Below are positions 9,910 to 19,375 of a DNA stretch of 64,000 bases, piece after piece. A program made the position numbers and the translations under genes. Within the stretch, counting starts at the first letter, position 1, and each line of letters opens with the position of its first letter. Source of the DNA: Rickettsiales bacterium (lineage in GTDB: Bacteria > Pseudomonadota > Alphaproteobacteria > Rickettsiales > UBA3002); NCBI GenBank assembly GCA_037968615.1, contig JBBKVX010000083.1, forward strand, positions 31,634-95,633, written 5' to 3'. The notes under the pieces were generated by a model. It saw only the letters and a program-made list of their open reading frames with translations, made no database searches and was not told the DNA's origin.

Positions 9910-10962
9910 ATGGCGCTGTCCTTACCGATAGCACTCGATGCAATGGGGGGCGATAAAGCCCCAGAATCCGTCATCCAAGGCGCGCGCCTGGTGTTGAAGG
10001 AATACCCGGACGCACGTTTTATTTTTTATGGCCGTGAGTCCGTCATCGGGCCGCTGGTGGCGCGCAACCGCCAACTGGCCGCGTGCTCGCAAATCATCCA
10101 CAGCGACAGCGTCATCTCAATGGACGAGAAACCCTCGGTGGCGCTTCGCTCTGGCCGCCAGTCGAGCATGCGCTACGCCATCGATGCAGTGGCGACCGGC
10201 AAGGCCTCGGCCATGGTATCGGCAGGCAATACCGGCGCGCTGATGGCCACCGCCAAGTTCGTGCTGAAAACGCTGCCGGGTATTCACCGCCCGGCCATCA
10301 CCGCCACCATTCCTTCGCGCCATAAACATGTGGTGCTGCTCGATATGGGCGCCAACATCGATTGCACGGCGGAAAATCTGGTGCAGTTCGCCATCATGGG
10401 CGACGCCTATGCCCGCGCCATGCTAGGGCTTGAAAATCCGCTGATCGGCCTACTGAATGTGGGTTCGGAAGACCAGAAGGGCCACGACGAGGTGAAGGAC
10501 GCCCACCGCGAGCTGCGCTCGGGCACTATCCCCGTGAACTACCATGGGTTCGTTGAGGGCAACGACATTCTCGAAGGCACCACCGACGTAGTGGTGACCG
10601 ACGGCTTCACCGGGAACATCGCACTCAAAACGGCGGAAGGTGCCTCGCGCCTCATTTTCGAGACGTTGAAACACGCCATCCAGAACTCATTCATTGCGAA
10701 AATCGGTTACCTGTTCGCGCGCCCGGCCATCGTTATGGCGCTGCGCCGCTACGATCCGCGCAAACTGAACGGTGCGATTTTGCTGGGCCTGAACGGCATC
10801 GCCATTAAATCACATGGTGGGGCCGACGCAAAAAGTTTCGCCAACGCCATCAAAGTAGCGATTCGTTTGGTCGAGAATAAGGTGAACGAAAAAATCATCG
10901 CCGAGCTGGGCGATATTGGCGCGCGCGACCAGAGCAATCCCGTCGTGGTGCCGCTGCAATGA
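9910..10962 (+). CDS. plsX: Phosphate acyltransferase PlsX
   Basis: IALDAMGGDKAP, VSAGNTGALM, LLNVGSEDQKG and VVVTDGFTGNIALK. Conserved rpmF-plsX-fabH order. Confidence 0.98.
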   Translation: MALSLPIALDAMGGDKAPESVIQGARLVLKEYPDARFIFYGRESVIGPLVARNRQLAACSQIIHSDSVISMDEKPSVALRSGRQSSMRYAIDAVATGKASAMVSAGNTGALMATAKFVLKTLPGIHRPAITATIPSRHKHVVLLDMGANIDCTAENLVQFAIMGDAYARAMLGLENPLIGLLNVGSEDQKGHDEVKDAHRELRSGTIPVNYHGFVEGNDILEGTTDVVVTDGFTGNIALKTAEGASRLIFETLKHAIQNSFIAKIGYLFARPAIVMALRRYDPRKLNGAILLGLNGIAIKSHGGADAKSFANAIKVAIRLVENKVNEKIIAELGDIGARDQSNPVVVPLQ

Positions 10963-11918
10963 GCCTCTCTTCCGTCATCATCGCTACGGGCAGCTATTTG
11001 CCCGCACGCCAGGTTACCAACGACGATCTCGCCAAAACCGTCGAGACCAACGACGAATGGATCCGCGAACGCACCGGCATCGTGACGCGCCACATCGTGG
11101 CCGAGGGTGAGTTCACTTCGCATATGGCCACCAAAGCCGCCCAGGCCGCGCTTGAAAACGCAGGCCTCACCGCCGCCGACATTGACGGCATCGTGGTTGG
11201 CACTTCGACGCCCGACAGCACGATGCCTTCCACCGCCACCAAAGTTCAGGCCGCCCTTGGCAACAAAGGCGCGGCGCTGGATGTGGGCGCTGCTTGCACC
11301 GGGTTCGTATCGGCATTGTCCGTCGCCCATGGCTGGATTCAGACCGGCGTCGCCAAACGCGTGATCGTCATTGGCGCGGAGTCGATGTCGAAGATTGTTG
11401 ATTGGAGCGACCGGGGCACCTGCATCTTGTTCGGCGATGGGGCAGGGGCCGTCATCCTCGAAGCACAAGAAAACACCGATCGCGGCATCAAATCCATCAC
11501 GCTGGACGCGGCAGGAGAATTTGGCCCCATCCTCTGCACCGATGGTGGCACCTCCAGCACCCAAACGGCGGGCGTGTTGAGCATGCAGGGGCAGGAAGTG
11601 TTCCGCCACGGCGTCGAAAAAATGGGCGCAGCTACGTTGACCGCGCTCGAGCGCGCGAACCTCACCTTGGCCGATGTCGATTTCGTGGTGGCCCACCAAG
11701 CCAACGCCCGCATGATCCGCATGATCGCCCGTAAAATGGGCGTTTCGGAGGAAAAATTCGTGGTCACCGTCGACCGCCACGCCAACACCTCAGCGGCTTC
11801 CATCCCCTTGGCGCTCGATGTGGCGGTGCGTGAAAACAGATTCGTCAAAGGAAATATTATTGCCATGCCCGCACTTGGCGCTGGACTTACGTGGGGCTGT
11901 TGCGTAGTTTCGTGGTAG
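10959..11918 (+). CDS. fabH: 3-oxoacyl-ACP synthase III
   Basis: Catalytic AACTGF, HQAN and ANTSAASIP. C-terminal GAGLTWG. Confidence 0.98.
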   Translation: MSLSSVIIATGSYLPARQVTNDDLAKTVETNDEWIRERTGIVTRHIVAEGEFTSHMATKAAQAALENAGLTAADIDGIVVGTSTPDSTMPSTATKVQAALGNKGAALDVGAACTGFVSALSVAHGWIQTGVAKRVIVIGAESMSKIVDWSDRGTCILFGDGAGAVILEAQENTDRGIKSITLDAAGEFGPILCTDGGTSSTQTAGVLSMQGQEVFRHGVEKMGAATLTALERANLTLADVDFVVAHQANARMIRMIARKMGVSEEKFVVTVDRHANTSAASIPLALDVAVRENRFVKGNIIAMPALGAGLTWGCCVVSW

Positions 11919-11992
11919 TTGAGCAGCTTACAGAGGCCCGTTAGGTAAATTCCCTACAGGTTCTGTTGGCAGTAATCGAACCGGAGGTTTCC

Positions 11993-12295
11993 ATGAGCAC
12001 GACGACACTGACACGCGCCGATCTTTCCAACGCCGTCTACCGCGAAATTGGCCTCTCGCTTTCCGAATCCACGCAGCTGGTCGATGCCGTGCTGGAAGAA
12101 GTTTCCGCCGCACTCGGCGAAGGCAATTCGGTGAAGCTTTCCTCGTTCGGCACCTTCAAACTGCGTCGCAAAAAAGAGCGCGTGGGCCGCAACCCGAAAA
12201 CCGGTGTCGAAGTGCCGATCACTCCGCGCACCGTACTTTCGTTCAACGCATCGAACATTCTCAAAACGTCGGTGAACCCCGACCAGCCTCTGTAA
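11993..12295 (+). CDS. ihfA: Integration host factor alpha subunit
   Basis: [46 protein letters not shown] before ATG 11993. Confidence 0.97.
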   Translation: MSTTTLTRADLSNAVYREIGLSLSESTQLVDAVLEEVSAALGEGNSVKLSSFGTFKLRRKKERVGRNPKTGVEVPITPRTVLSFNASNILKTSVNPDQPL

Positions 12296-12409
12296 AAAAT
12301 ATTTCTGAATCTCGCGCTTGATTCGCGCCTCATCTTAGTTACAACGGATGGACGCGAAATCACTTTCGCGTCGGCATAAAAAACAAAAAACAACCCAAAG
12401 GGTTTACTC

Positions 12410-12973
12410 ATGGCAAGCAACGAACTGTCGCTCTTCGCGACGGATAATTCTTCGGCAAAAGAAAAATCACCCAACGCTTTGCGCACCATCAGCGAAGCAT
12501 CGGAACTGCTCGATATTCCACAGCATGTACTGCGTTTCTGGGAAACCAAATTCTCGCAGATCAAGCCGCTAAAACGCAATGGCGGCCGCCGTTTCTACCG
12601 CCCGCAAGATCTGGAAATCCTGCAACAAATTAAGCATCTGTTGTACGCCCAAGGCTACACCATCAAGGGCGCGCAAAAAGCCATCGCCGATTTCGCCACC
12701 ACGCGTGGCAAAGACGCGGCACCCGTCGATCGTTGGGCCACCCCGAGCTTCCCGCCCGCACATGGCAACGACAACGCCGAAGAATTCGCCGCCGGTGAAA
12801 TCGACATCCTGTCCGAGATCGCCGACATTCTCGCAGAGCCCGATGCAGCATTCACCCCGCAACCCGCAGCCGTTACGGCCTCGAGTGTGGACCGTGTGGC
12901 ATTGATGGCGCTGCGTAACGAACTGGCCTCGATGCGCGATGCTTTGGCAACCAAACTGACGCGCGCGGTTTAA
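12410..12973 (+). CDS. MerR-family transcriptional regulator (ihfA-linked)
   Basis: [43 protein letters not shown]...GYTIKGAQK. Conserved position after ihfA. Confidence 0.92.
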   Translation: MASNELSLFATDNSSAKEKSPNALRTISEASELLDIPQHVLRFWETKFSQIKPLKRNGGRRFYRPQDLEILQQIKHLLYAQGYTIKGAQKAIADFATTRGKDAAPVDRWATPSFPPAHGNDNAEEFAAGEIDILSEIADILAEPDAAFTPQPAAVTASSVDRVALMALRNELASMRDALATKLTRAV

Positions 12974-12995
12974 TTTTAATTTCTGATTTTTAAAA

Positions 12996-13028
12996 GCCTC
13001 GGTTGGGTAGCCCTGACCGGGGTTTTTT
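12996..13028 (+). terminator. Probable intrinsic terminator after merR
   Basis: Imperfect stem CCTCGGT/ACCGGGG with inner GGG/CCC, followed by TTTTTT. Confidence 0.6.
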
Positions 13029-13057
13029 ATTGTTGGATTTGATAAGCGCCTGCTGGG

Positions 13058-13110
13058 CTCCGACCATTAAAAAAGGCAGCCCGCAAAGGCTGCCTTTTTA
13101 ATGGTCGGAG
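13058..13110. repeat. Long inverted repeat: tRNA-Pro(GGG) terminator extended by an inverted copy of the tRNA 3' end
   Basis: CTCCGACCATTAAAAAAGGCAGCC-cgcaaa-GGCTGCCTTTTTAATGGTCGGAG (24/23-nt arms, one extra A). The right arm includes the last 9 nt of the tRNA. Confidence 0.9.
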
Positions 13111-13178
13111 TGACAGGATTTGAACCTGCGACCCCTAGTCCCCCAGACTAGTGCGCTACCGGGCTGCGCCACACTCCG
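13102..13178 (-). tRNA. tRNA-Pro(GGG)
   Basis: Reverse complement CGGAGTGTGGCGCAGCCCGGTAGCGCACTAGTCTGGGGGACTAGGGGTCGCAGGTTCAAATCCTGTCACTCCGACCA: cloverleaf, anticodon GGG, encoded CCA. Confidence 0.98.
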
Positions 13179-13239
13179 ACATTCCATCTTTCGATGATGG
13201 GCGTTGCTATCGTGTAGTGCCTTGCTTGGCAAGCAAATA

Positions 13240-13833
13240 TCAGATCGTCGAATCATAAACCCAGTAAAACAGCAGCGCCATGCTGCTTACGCCTCCAAGC
13301 AAGCCAACGCCCATCAACAGCCCATCGTTATGCAGGCGCGCCATGCTGAGAAAACCGATGGCCAACGCGGGCAGAATGAGCCCCCCGGGAATGAGGCCCA
13401 ACACATAGGTACTCACCCCCAAAAGCAGAATGAGCACGGTGGAGACATGCTTCCAGCGTCCGGTGGTGATGAGAGTGAATCGCGCGCGCATCATCCGCTC
13501 GGATTTTTTCAATACCGGTAGAGCTTTCTTGATCCAGCGCTTGGCTTTGGTGGTGGGTGCCTTGCGCTTGCGCAGCCACTGAGGCATCCATGGCGTGTCG
13601 ACGAATAGTGATTGCCCAGCCAGCAGCACAATGAACGAACCGAACACCATGGTAGCGCCGGGCAAGCCGCCAATAGGCGACAGCAGCACCAACGCCGTGA
13701 TGAACAGCAATGGGTCGGTCGCCCGCTGCCCAAAGGCTTTCAGTAGGTCGTCGATGGATATGTTCGGCTTGCTGTGATTGGCAACAATGCCCTCCAGCAA
13801 CTCGGAAATATTCTCGGATTGTTTTTTGGCCAT
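13240..13833 (-). CDS. exoD: ExoD-family exopolysaccharide-related membrane protein
   Basis: ISIDDLLKAFGQRATDPLLFITALVLLSPIGGLPG...QSLFVDTPWMPQWL. Start set at MAKKQ. Confidence 0.8.
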   Translation of the reverse strand: MAKKQSENISELLEGIVANHSKPNISIDDLLKAFGQRATDPLLFITALVLLSPIGGLPGATMVFGSFIVLLAGQSLFVDTPWMPQWLRKRKAPTTKAKRWIKKALPVLKKSERMMRARFTLITTGRWKHVSTVLILLLGVSTYVLGLIPGGLILPALAIGFLSMARLHNDGLLMGVGLLGGVSSMALLFYWVYDSTI

Positions 13834-13880
13834 GCATAACAGAACTGGATTTGGCATCAGGATACGATTAGTAAAGCGCA

Positions 13881-14336
13881 ATGGAACCCTACAAACAGCC
13901 GCATGTCATCGCCTACAGCCGACGCCTGATCGAGAGCTATAAGCGCTGGACGGGCTGGAATCTGGTGGGTGGGCGCGATTTTGCCTACGCGCTTTACCAC
14001 GCGCCATTCGCCATTACCTCGCAAGGGGTGCAGGACGATCCGGTCATCCAATACGCCAATCAGGCCGCACTCGATGTATGGGAAACCAACTGGAACGATT
14101 TCATTGGCATGCCCTCGCGCTTGAGCGCCGAAACGGACGAAGCGACCCAGAAGCAACGTGCGGAATTGCTGGACAGCGCCAAAGAGAAGGGCTGGACCAT
14201 CGACTATCAGGACAAGCGCATTTCACGCAACGGCGCGCGTTTTGAAATCCTCAACACCGTGCTGTGGAACGTCACCGACGAGGCAGGCCAGCTTTATGGG
14301 CAGGCCGCACGCATCGGGGCGTGGCGCTACCTCTAG
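13881..14336 (+). CDS. Stand-alone MEKHLA (PAS-like) domain protein
   Basis: LIESYKRWTG...ALYHAPFAITSQ...DPVIQYANQAALDVWE...GMPSRLSAE...RISRNGARFEI...LWNV. Confidence 0.88.
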   Translation: MEPYKQPHVIAYSRRLIESYKRWTGWNLVGGRDFAYALYHAPFAITSQGVQDDPVIQYANQAALDVWETNWNDFIGMPSRLSAETDEATQKQRAELLDSAKEKGWTIDYQDKRISRNGARFEILNTVLWNVTDEAGQLYGQAARIGAWRYL

Positions 14337-15607
14337 ACCAGCTTGTCGCGCCAGTTGTCTTTGTAGGTGTACAGCGCCAGGAACGAACCGATGGCTGCCG
14401 CGACCAACACATACATAATGGAGGTGATGTCCCCCGTTTTTGTAATGAGCTGCTCGGCGAAGGCCGGGGTAAAGCCACCCAGAATCGCGCAGAAATTATA
14501 CGACAGCGACATGCCCGTATAACGGATACGGGTGGGGAACAGCTCCACCAGCATCGCCGGAATCGGCGCCATGTACCAGCCCAGCACGCAGGCCAGCATC
14601 GCCTGCCCAGCAGCCACGTACCAGAATAAGCCGGTCTGCATGAGCTGGAAGGCGGGGTAAATGAGCGCCAGCATGACCACGATGCCGAGCATCAACACTT
14701 TGCGACGGCCAATTTGGTCGGCCAGTTTCGCTGAGGTCCACATGGGCAGGAACATCGCCAGCATCGCCAGCGAATTTACCTGCAGCGAATCCTCTGCACT
14801 GAGGCCGAGATGCTTCTGCGAATAGCCGATCATGTAGATGGCCAACGTGTAGAACGGAATCGTCACGAACAGGTAGAAGCTGAAACCCTGGAACATTTTC
14901 AGGGGGAATTTGGTGAATGCCTCTTTCACGGGCTTTTCGGCCAGCATGCCCGAAGCTTTCGCTTCGTTGTAGATCGGGCTTTCTTCGCCATGGTTGCGGA
15001 TCCAGAAACCAACCACGCCGATGAGGATGCCGACGAAGAAGGGCAGGCGCCAGCCCCAGCTCATGAAATCGTCATGGTCCATGCTGGAGGCGACGGTGGT
15101 GGAGACCACCGAACCGATGAGGAAGCCAATGACCAGCGACATCATGGTGACGCTGCCGGTTTTAGCGCGGGCTTTGGGGTCGGCATGCTCGACGACGTAT
15201 GACATCGAACCCGAGAACGCGCCGCCAAGCGACAGGCCCTGCACGATGCGGATGATGAGCAACAAAATGGGTGCGGCCATGCCGATCGCGGCGTAGGTGG
15301 GCAGCAGGCCAATGGCGCCGGTGGGGATGGCCATCATGATCATGGAAGCGGTGAGGGCTTTTTTGCGCCCGTATTTGTCGCCGATGCGGCCGAACAGCAC
15401 CGCGCCAAGCGGGCGGGCAACAAAGCCTGCCGCGAAGGTGAGGTAGGTCAGAATGAGACTGGTGCTGGGGTTCATCTCCGAGCCGAAGGTGAAGAACAAC
15501 TGCGCGAATACGACGGTCATGTGCCCGTAAAGTGCGTAATCGTACCATTCAAGACCGTTGCCCAGCATGCCCGATACGATGACTTTAGTACGCGAGTGAT
15601 TCGCCAT
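14333..15607 (-). CDS. MFS transporter, MHS family (ProP-like proline/betaine or metabolite:H+ symporter)
   Basis: GNGLEWYDYALY, RPLGAVLFGRIGDKYGRK, RIVQGLSLGG, WGWRLPF and ELFPTRIRYTG. 12 TM helices. Confidence 0.9.
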   Translation of the reverse strand: MANHSRTKVIVSGMLGNGLEWYDYALYGHMTVVFAQLFFTFGSEMNPSTSLILTYLTFAAGFVARPLGAVLFGRIGDKYGRKKALTASMIMMAIPTGAIGLLPTYAAIGMAAPILLLIIRIVQGLSLGGAFSGSMSYVVEHADPKARAKTGSVTMMSLVIGFLIGSVVSTTVASSMDHDDFMSWGWRLPFFVGILIGVVGFWIRNHGEESPIYNEAKASGMLAEKPVKEAFTKFPLKMFQGFSFYLFVTIPFYTLAIYMIGYSQKHLGLSAEDSLQVNSLAMLAMFLPMWTSAKLADQIGRRKVLMLGIVVMLALIYPAFQLMQTGLFWYVAAGQAMLACVLGWYMAPIPAMLVELFPTRIRYTGMSLSYNFCAILGGFTPAFAEQLITKTGDITSIMYVLVAAAIGSFLALYTYKDNWRDKLV

Positions 15608-15774
15608 GTTTTTCCCCTAGATAAGTACGAAGTGGCGGCGAACATAGCGTTCGCGTCATTAATGCCAAGTTTATTCAATGCTGCAGCGCGGCATCCATGG
15701 GGATAAATCCATGAAGATGCATAGAAAAACCGTCCCGACTGACATGAAGCTGTCACAAAAGATTGGTACTGTTG

Positions 15775-17331
15775 ATGGTGGAATACCCTAACCTAAGGAA
15801 TCGATTGCCTATATATCGCTACAGTCCGGACTCTCCCATCGATGAGGTGGAGATCGTCACGAATCCTCTCGGAGGTTCGCGTGCCTATTTGCATGCGCGG
15901 CCGGACGCGGCCCCCGACATGCTGGGCAAAACTAAAGCCCAATTAAGCCAAAAAGGCTGGGTGGGCGTGCCTTACGCACGCGAGGGCAAGGCCGTTCTGG
16001 AAGTGCGGGGCTTCGGCAAACCTGCAGCGCTACACCAGTTCTTACAAGCCGAAGGGTTGGCCGAAAATCCTTCAGCGCCAGAAGCTACAAAGCATGATGT
16101 GCACACACCTATGGAGCGTTTTCGCAGCGCCACACTGAAATGGACGGGCCTCGCGTATATCTTTGGTGATGCTGCGTTCTACGCTTATGCCCTCATGGAG
16201 CGCAGCAAATTCAAAGGCGAGGGCAAGACAGCCAGTAACATAGTCGCGTCTTTAAAGAATAAAAGCCATCTCTCAACCAAGGCAAGAGGCATTCTGACGC
16301 AAGCGGAAAAAGATATCGCCTCTTCCGTGGATAATATGAAAGGCAGCACCTTTAAGCTGCTTGCGGGCGTCGGCTATGCCGTGGGCAGCTTTGTGCTCAT
16401 GGGGTTCGGCAGCAAAGACCAATCCGAGTTGGAAATCAAAAACACTACTCATGAAATCGATGCCTTCTTAAAGAATGAAGGCTACGCGCCCGGCGTTTCT
16501 GGGAAGGTCCTGACCCAGCAGCCTGACGAGAGAAAAACCGGCTTTTTTGATCGGGTGCACAATTTCTTGCGCCGCTATCCTTCTGAGGCGCTCAACATAG
16601 TTTACACAGGCGTCGGGCTGTTGTTGATGGGTGCGTCCATCAAATCGGCCGGGGTGGGTATAAAATCGTTTGAAACCCATTCGGAATTCGTCAAGCGTGT
16701 GCGTGAGGACAAGCTGGATATCGGTTTGGGCGCGGTAACCGCTGTGTCTGCGATTACAGGCTTGGTGGTTAAAGAGAAGAAGCCAGTGAAGGGCGAAGAA
16801 AAACGCACTGGATTGGCTGGGGCATGGGACTGGATTCAAGAAAAACCGTTACGCGCTACGGGCTATGGCTACATGCTGGCGACGGCGATTCACGGCATTG
16901 TCACGTACAGTAAATGGAAGAAGAATCCAGTGACGCCGGCTGATTTTAAGAACAACCGCATCATGACGGGGCGCGGCATCTTTGTTGGTCTGAACGTGAT
17001 CGCTGAAGCGTTAATGGTCATTTCCTCGAAAGGCCATGGGGAAGGGGTGAAATCGCCGGATGTAGACCGCACGGTGATTGCCACTGCAGCGGAATTTATC
17101 GCCAAGCAGGATCCCTCCGCGCGTGATGCATTGGTCGAACGTCTTTCAGGTTACATGGCATCCCCCGATCTTATCGGCGGCACGGCCACCGATATTGCGG
17201 GCAAACTTCGCGAGCAGATGGCGGTTACAGCGCATAATCCGTGGCTCGATGCTCCGGAGACGCGTGTACATTCCGCCAAGGAAAGCGGAACAGTACAACC
17301 GCGTACCGCTTTGAGCATCGCTAACGCGTAA
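15775..17331 (+). CDS. Orphan multi-helix membrane-associated protein (~518 aa)
   Basis: Long open frame (ORF track TTG 15763; ATG at 15775) with about 6 hydrophobic segments. Lower GC3 than neighbours by eye. No family recognised. Confidence 0.75.
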   Translation: MVEYPNLRNRLPIYRYSPDSPIDEVEIVTNPLGGSRAYLHARPDAAPDMLGKTKAQLSQKGWVGVPYAREGKAVLEVRGFGKPAALHQFLQAEGLAENPSAPEATKHDVHTPMERFRSATLKWTGLAYIFGDAAFYAYALMERSKFKGEGKTASNIVASLKNKSHLSTKARGILTQAEKDIASSVDNMKGSTFKLLAGVGYAVGSFVLMGFGSKDQSELEIKNTTHEIDAFLKNEGYAPGVSGKVLTQQPDERKTGFFDRVHNFLRRYPSEALNIVYTGVGLLLMGASIKSAGVGIKSFETHSEFVKRVREDKLDIGLGAVTAVSAITGLVVKEKKPVKGEEKRTGLAGAWDWIQEKPLRATGYGYMLATAIHGIVTYSKWKKNPVTPADFKNNRIMTGRGIFVGLNVIAEALMVISSKGHGEGVKSPDVDRTVIATAAEFIAKQDPSARDALVERLSGYMASPDLIGGTATDIAGKLREQMAVTAHNPWLDAPETRVHSAKESGTVQPRTALSIANA

Positions 17332-17347
17332 TCAAAAATAAGGAAAA

Positions 17348-17425
<78 letters not shown>

Positions 17426-17448
17426 ACCTACCCAAAAAGGGAAGCGTG

Positions 17449-17477
17449 CGTATAGCGCTGGGTTTTGGTGAGGTCAA
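17449..17477 (-). promoter_or_regulatory. Sigma-70-type promoter for tRNA-Pro(CGG)
   Basis: Minus strand TTGACC-N17-TATACG (with preceding GC), ending 23 nt before the tRNA 5' end. Confidence 0.6.
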
Positions 17478-17588
17478 GAAGGGGTTTTGAGATTGGGGGT
17501 GAGGCTTGCTCGGCTTCGCCTTTGCTGGGGCTGGGCTCAAGGATTGACGGCATTCGGGTGAATGCCGCCCTGCGGGCTCCTCCCAAGA

Positions 17589-17659
17589 GGTCGGAGTCCA
17601 AATGGCTTGCTGGCCATTTGCGCGAACTGCGGTTCTGCTGAGCAACGCGCACTCCGACC
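17589..17659. repeat. Palindromic element closed by tRNA-Pro 3'-end copies
   Basis: Outer stem GGTCGGAGT (17589-97)/ACTCCGACC (17651-59) encloses hairpins CAAATGGC/GCCATTTG and GCGCG.../CGCGC. Confidence 0.7.
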
Positions 17660-17704
17660 AATAAAAAAGGCAGCGAGAAGCTGCCTTTTTTATTGGTCGG
17701 AGTG
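17650..17704. repeat. Perfect 25-bp inverted repeat: tRNA-Pro(UGG) terminator extended by an inverted tRNA 3' end
   Basis: CACTCCGACCAATAAAAAAGGCAGC-gagaa-GCTGCCTTTTTTATTGGTCGGAGTG. Confidence 0.92.
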
Positions 17705-17770
17705 AGAGGATTCGAACCTCCGACCCCCTGGTCCCAAACCAGGTGCGCTACCAGACTGCGCTACACTCCG
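17694..17770 (-). tRNA. tRNA-Pro(UGG)
   Basis: Reverse complement CGGAGTGTAGCGCAGTCTGGTAGCGCACCTGGTTTGGGACCAGGGGGTCGGAGGTTCGAATCCTCTCACTCCGACCA. Loop TT-TGG-GA. Confidence 0.98.
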
Positions 17771-17846
17771 ACGTTAGCGCCTTATAGCGATTCACAGACA
17801 CTGCGCAACCATTGACTGCTTATTCAAAGCCACTATGGTGGCGCGC

Positions 17847-18737
17847 ATGAAAAACACATCGCAGTTCACTGGCGTCTACACGGCGCTCATCACTCCCTTC
17901 ACCGAGTCGGGCGTCGATTACGCGCAGCTCGAATCGTTCATCGAATGGCAGATCGTCGAGGGCATTCACGGCATCGTGCCCTGCGGCACCACCGGCGAAT
18001 CGCCGACGCTGACGCATGACGAGCATAAGGAAATCACCGTTGCTGCCATCCGTGCCGCTGCTGGCCGCGTGCCGGTGATGGCGGGCACGGGCAGCAACTC
18101 CACCGCCGAGGCCATCGAGTTCACGCGCCACGCCGAGAAGGCCGGGGCCGACGCCGCATTGGTGGTGGCGCCCTACTATAATAAGCCGACGCAGGAAGGC
18201 ATTTTCCAGCATTACAAAGCCATTGCCGACGCCACGTCGTTGCCCATTTTTATCTACAACATTCCCGGCCGCTCCAACATCAACATCGCCGACGCGACGC
18301 TGGCGCGGTTGGCGGAAGCCTGCAAAAACATCGCGGGCGTGAAAGACGCCACCGGCGACCTCGCGCGCCCAGCCACGTTGAAGCATTTGGTCGGCGACCG
18401 GCTTACGCTGTTTTCGGGCGAGGACATGACCATGGTCGGGTTCAACGCCATGGGCGGCGCGGGGGTGATTTCCGTTGTCTCGAACCTCGCGCCGCGTCTA
18501 AGCGCCCAAGTGCAAACGTTGACGCTGGAAGGCAAGTTCGTGGAGGCCCGCCGCCTCCACGCGCCGCTGGTGCCACTCATCACCAGCATGTTCCTCGAGA
18601 CCAATCCGATTCCCGTGAAACACGCCTGCGCGCTGATGAAAAAAAGCGCCACCACCACACGCCTGCCGCTGACCGCGCCGTCGGCTGAGGTGCAAATTGC
18701 GGTGAAAGCCGCACTGGCCGATTTGAAACTTATCTAG
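17847..18737 (+). CDS. dapA: 4-hydroxy-tetrahydrodipicolinate synthase
   Basis: GTTGES, PYYNKP, YNIPGRS and GVKDATG (Schiff-base Lys). Start set at MKNTS. Confidence 0.98.
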   Translation: MKNTSQFTGVYTALITPFTESGVDYAQLESFIEWQIVEGIHGIVPCGTTGESPTLTHDEHKEITVAAIRAAAGRVPVMAGTGSNSTAEAIEFTRHAEKAGADAALVVAPYYNKPTQEGIFQHYKAIADATSLPIFIYNIPGRSNINIADATLARLAEACKNIAGVKDATGDLARPATLKHLVGDRLTLFSGEDMTMVGFNAMGGAGVISVVSNLAPRLSAQVQTLTLEGKFVEARRLHAPLVPLITSMFLETNPIPVKHACALMKKSATTTRLPLTAPSAEVQIAVKAALADLKLI

Positions 18738-18797
18738 AATCCCATTATATATGTTCGGTGGCGCGCCATTTTTTGCGCGCCCGACATCGCAGGAACC

Positions 18798-19310
18798 ATG
18801 GCCAAACGACCGATAGAAACCAAGAAACCGCCCGCACCTCCCAAAAAAGAGAAGGTGAAGGAACGCCCGCCCGTGGCCGTGAACCGCAAGGCGCGCTTCG
18901 AATATGCGGTGGAAGAGGTGATGGAGGCAGGCATTGTGCTGCTGGGCACCGAGGTGAAGTCGCTGCGCATGGGCCGCGTGACGATTTCTGATGCCTACGC
19001 CAGCCACAAAGAAGGCGAGATCTGGATCTGGAACATCGACATTCCTGTCTATACCCACGGCAACCGCAATAACCACGAGCCTAAGCGTGGCCGCAAACTT
19101 TTATTCAGCGCGCGGCAGATCAAAAAACTCATCGGCGTGCTGAAGGTGCGGGGCACCACGCTCATTCCACTACGGCTGTATTTCAACAAGCGTGGTTTCG
19201 CCAAAATCGAAATCGCCATCGCTCAAGGCAAAAAAGAATTCGAGAAACGCGACACCATTAAGCAGCGCGACTGGGCGCGGCAGAAGAGTAAGTTACTTAA
19301 ACATCGGTAG
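18798..19310 (+). CDS. smpB: SsrA-binding protein
   Basis: NRKARFEY...EAGIVLLGTEVKSLR...RKLLFS...GKKEFEKRDTIK. Confidence 0.98.
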   Translation: MAKRPIETKKPPAPPKKEKVKERPPVAVNRKARFEYAVEEVMEAGIVLLGTEVKSLRMGRVTISDAYASHKEGEIWIWNIDIPVYTHGNRNNHEPKRGRKLLFSARQIKKLIGVLKVRGTTLIPLRLYFNKRGFAKIEIAIAQGKKEFEKRDTIKQRDWARQKSKLLKHR

Positions 19311-19375
19311 CTTAGCTCAATTCACAAAAGCTTCATACTTTGCCCCTTGCGCCGCCGCGCCGTTAAGAATAGTTA

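Noticed and set aside
8124-15900. Weak N-terminal resemblance between the deaminase (EIIHD...ASAYML) and the 518-aa orphan (EIVTN...SRAYLH)
   Set aside because: Too short and too loose to support homology without a profile search.
18798-19375. tmRNA gene near smpB
   Set aside because: No tmRNA-like acceptor end or tag reading frame was recognised in the short flanks.
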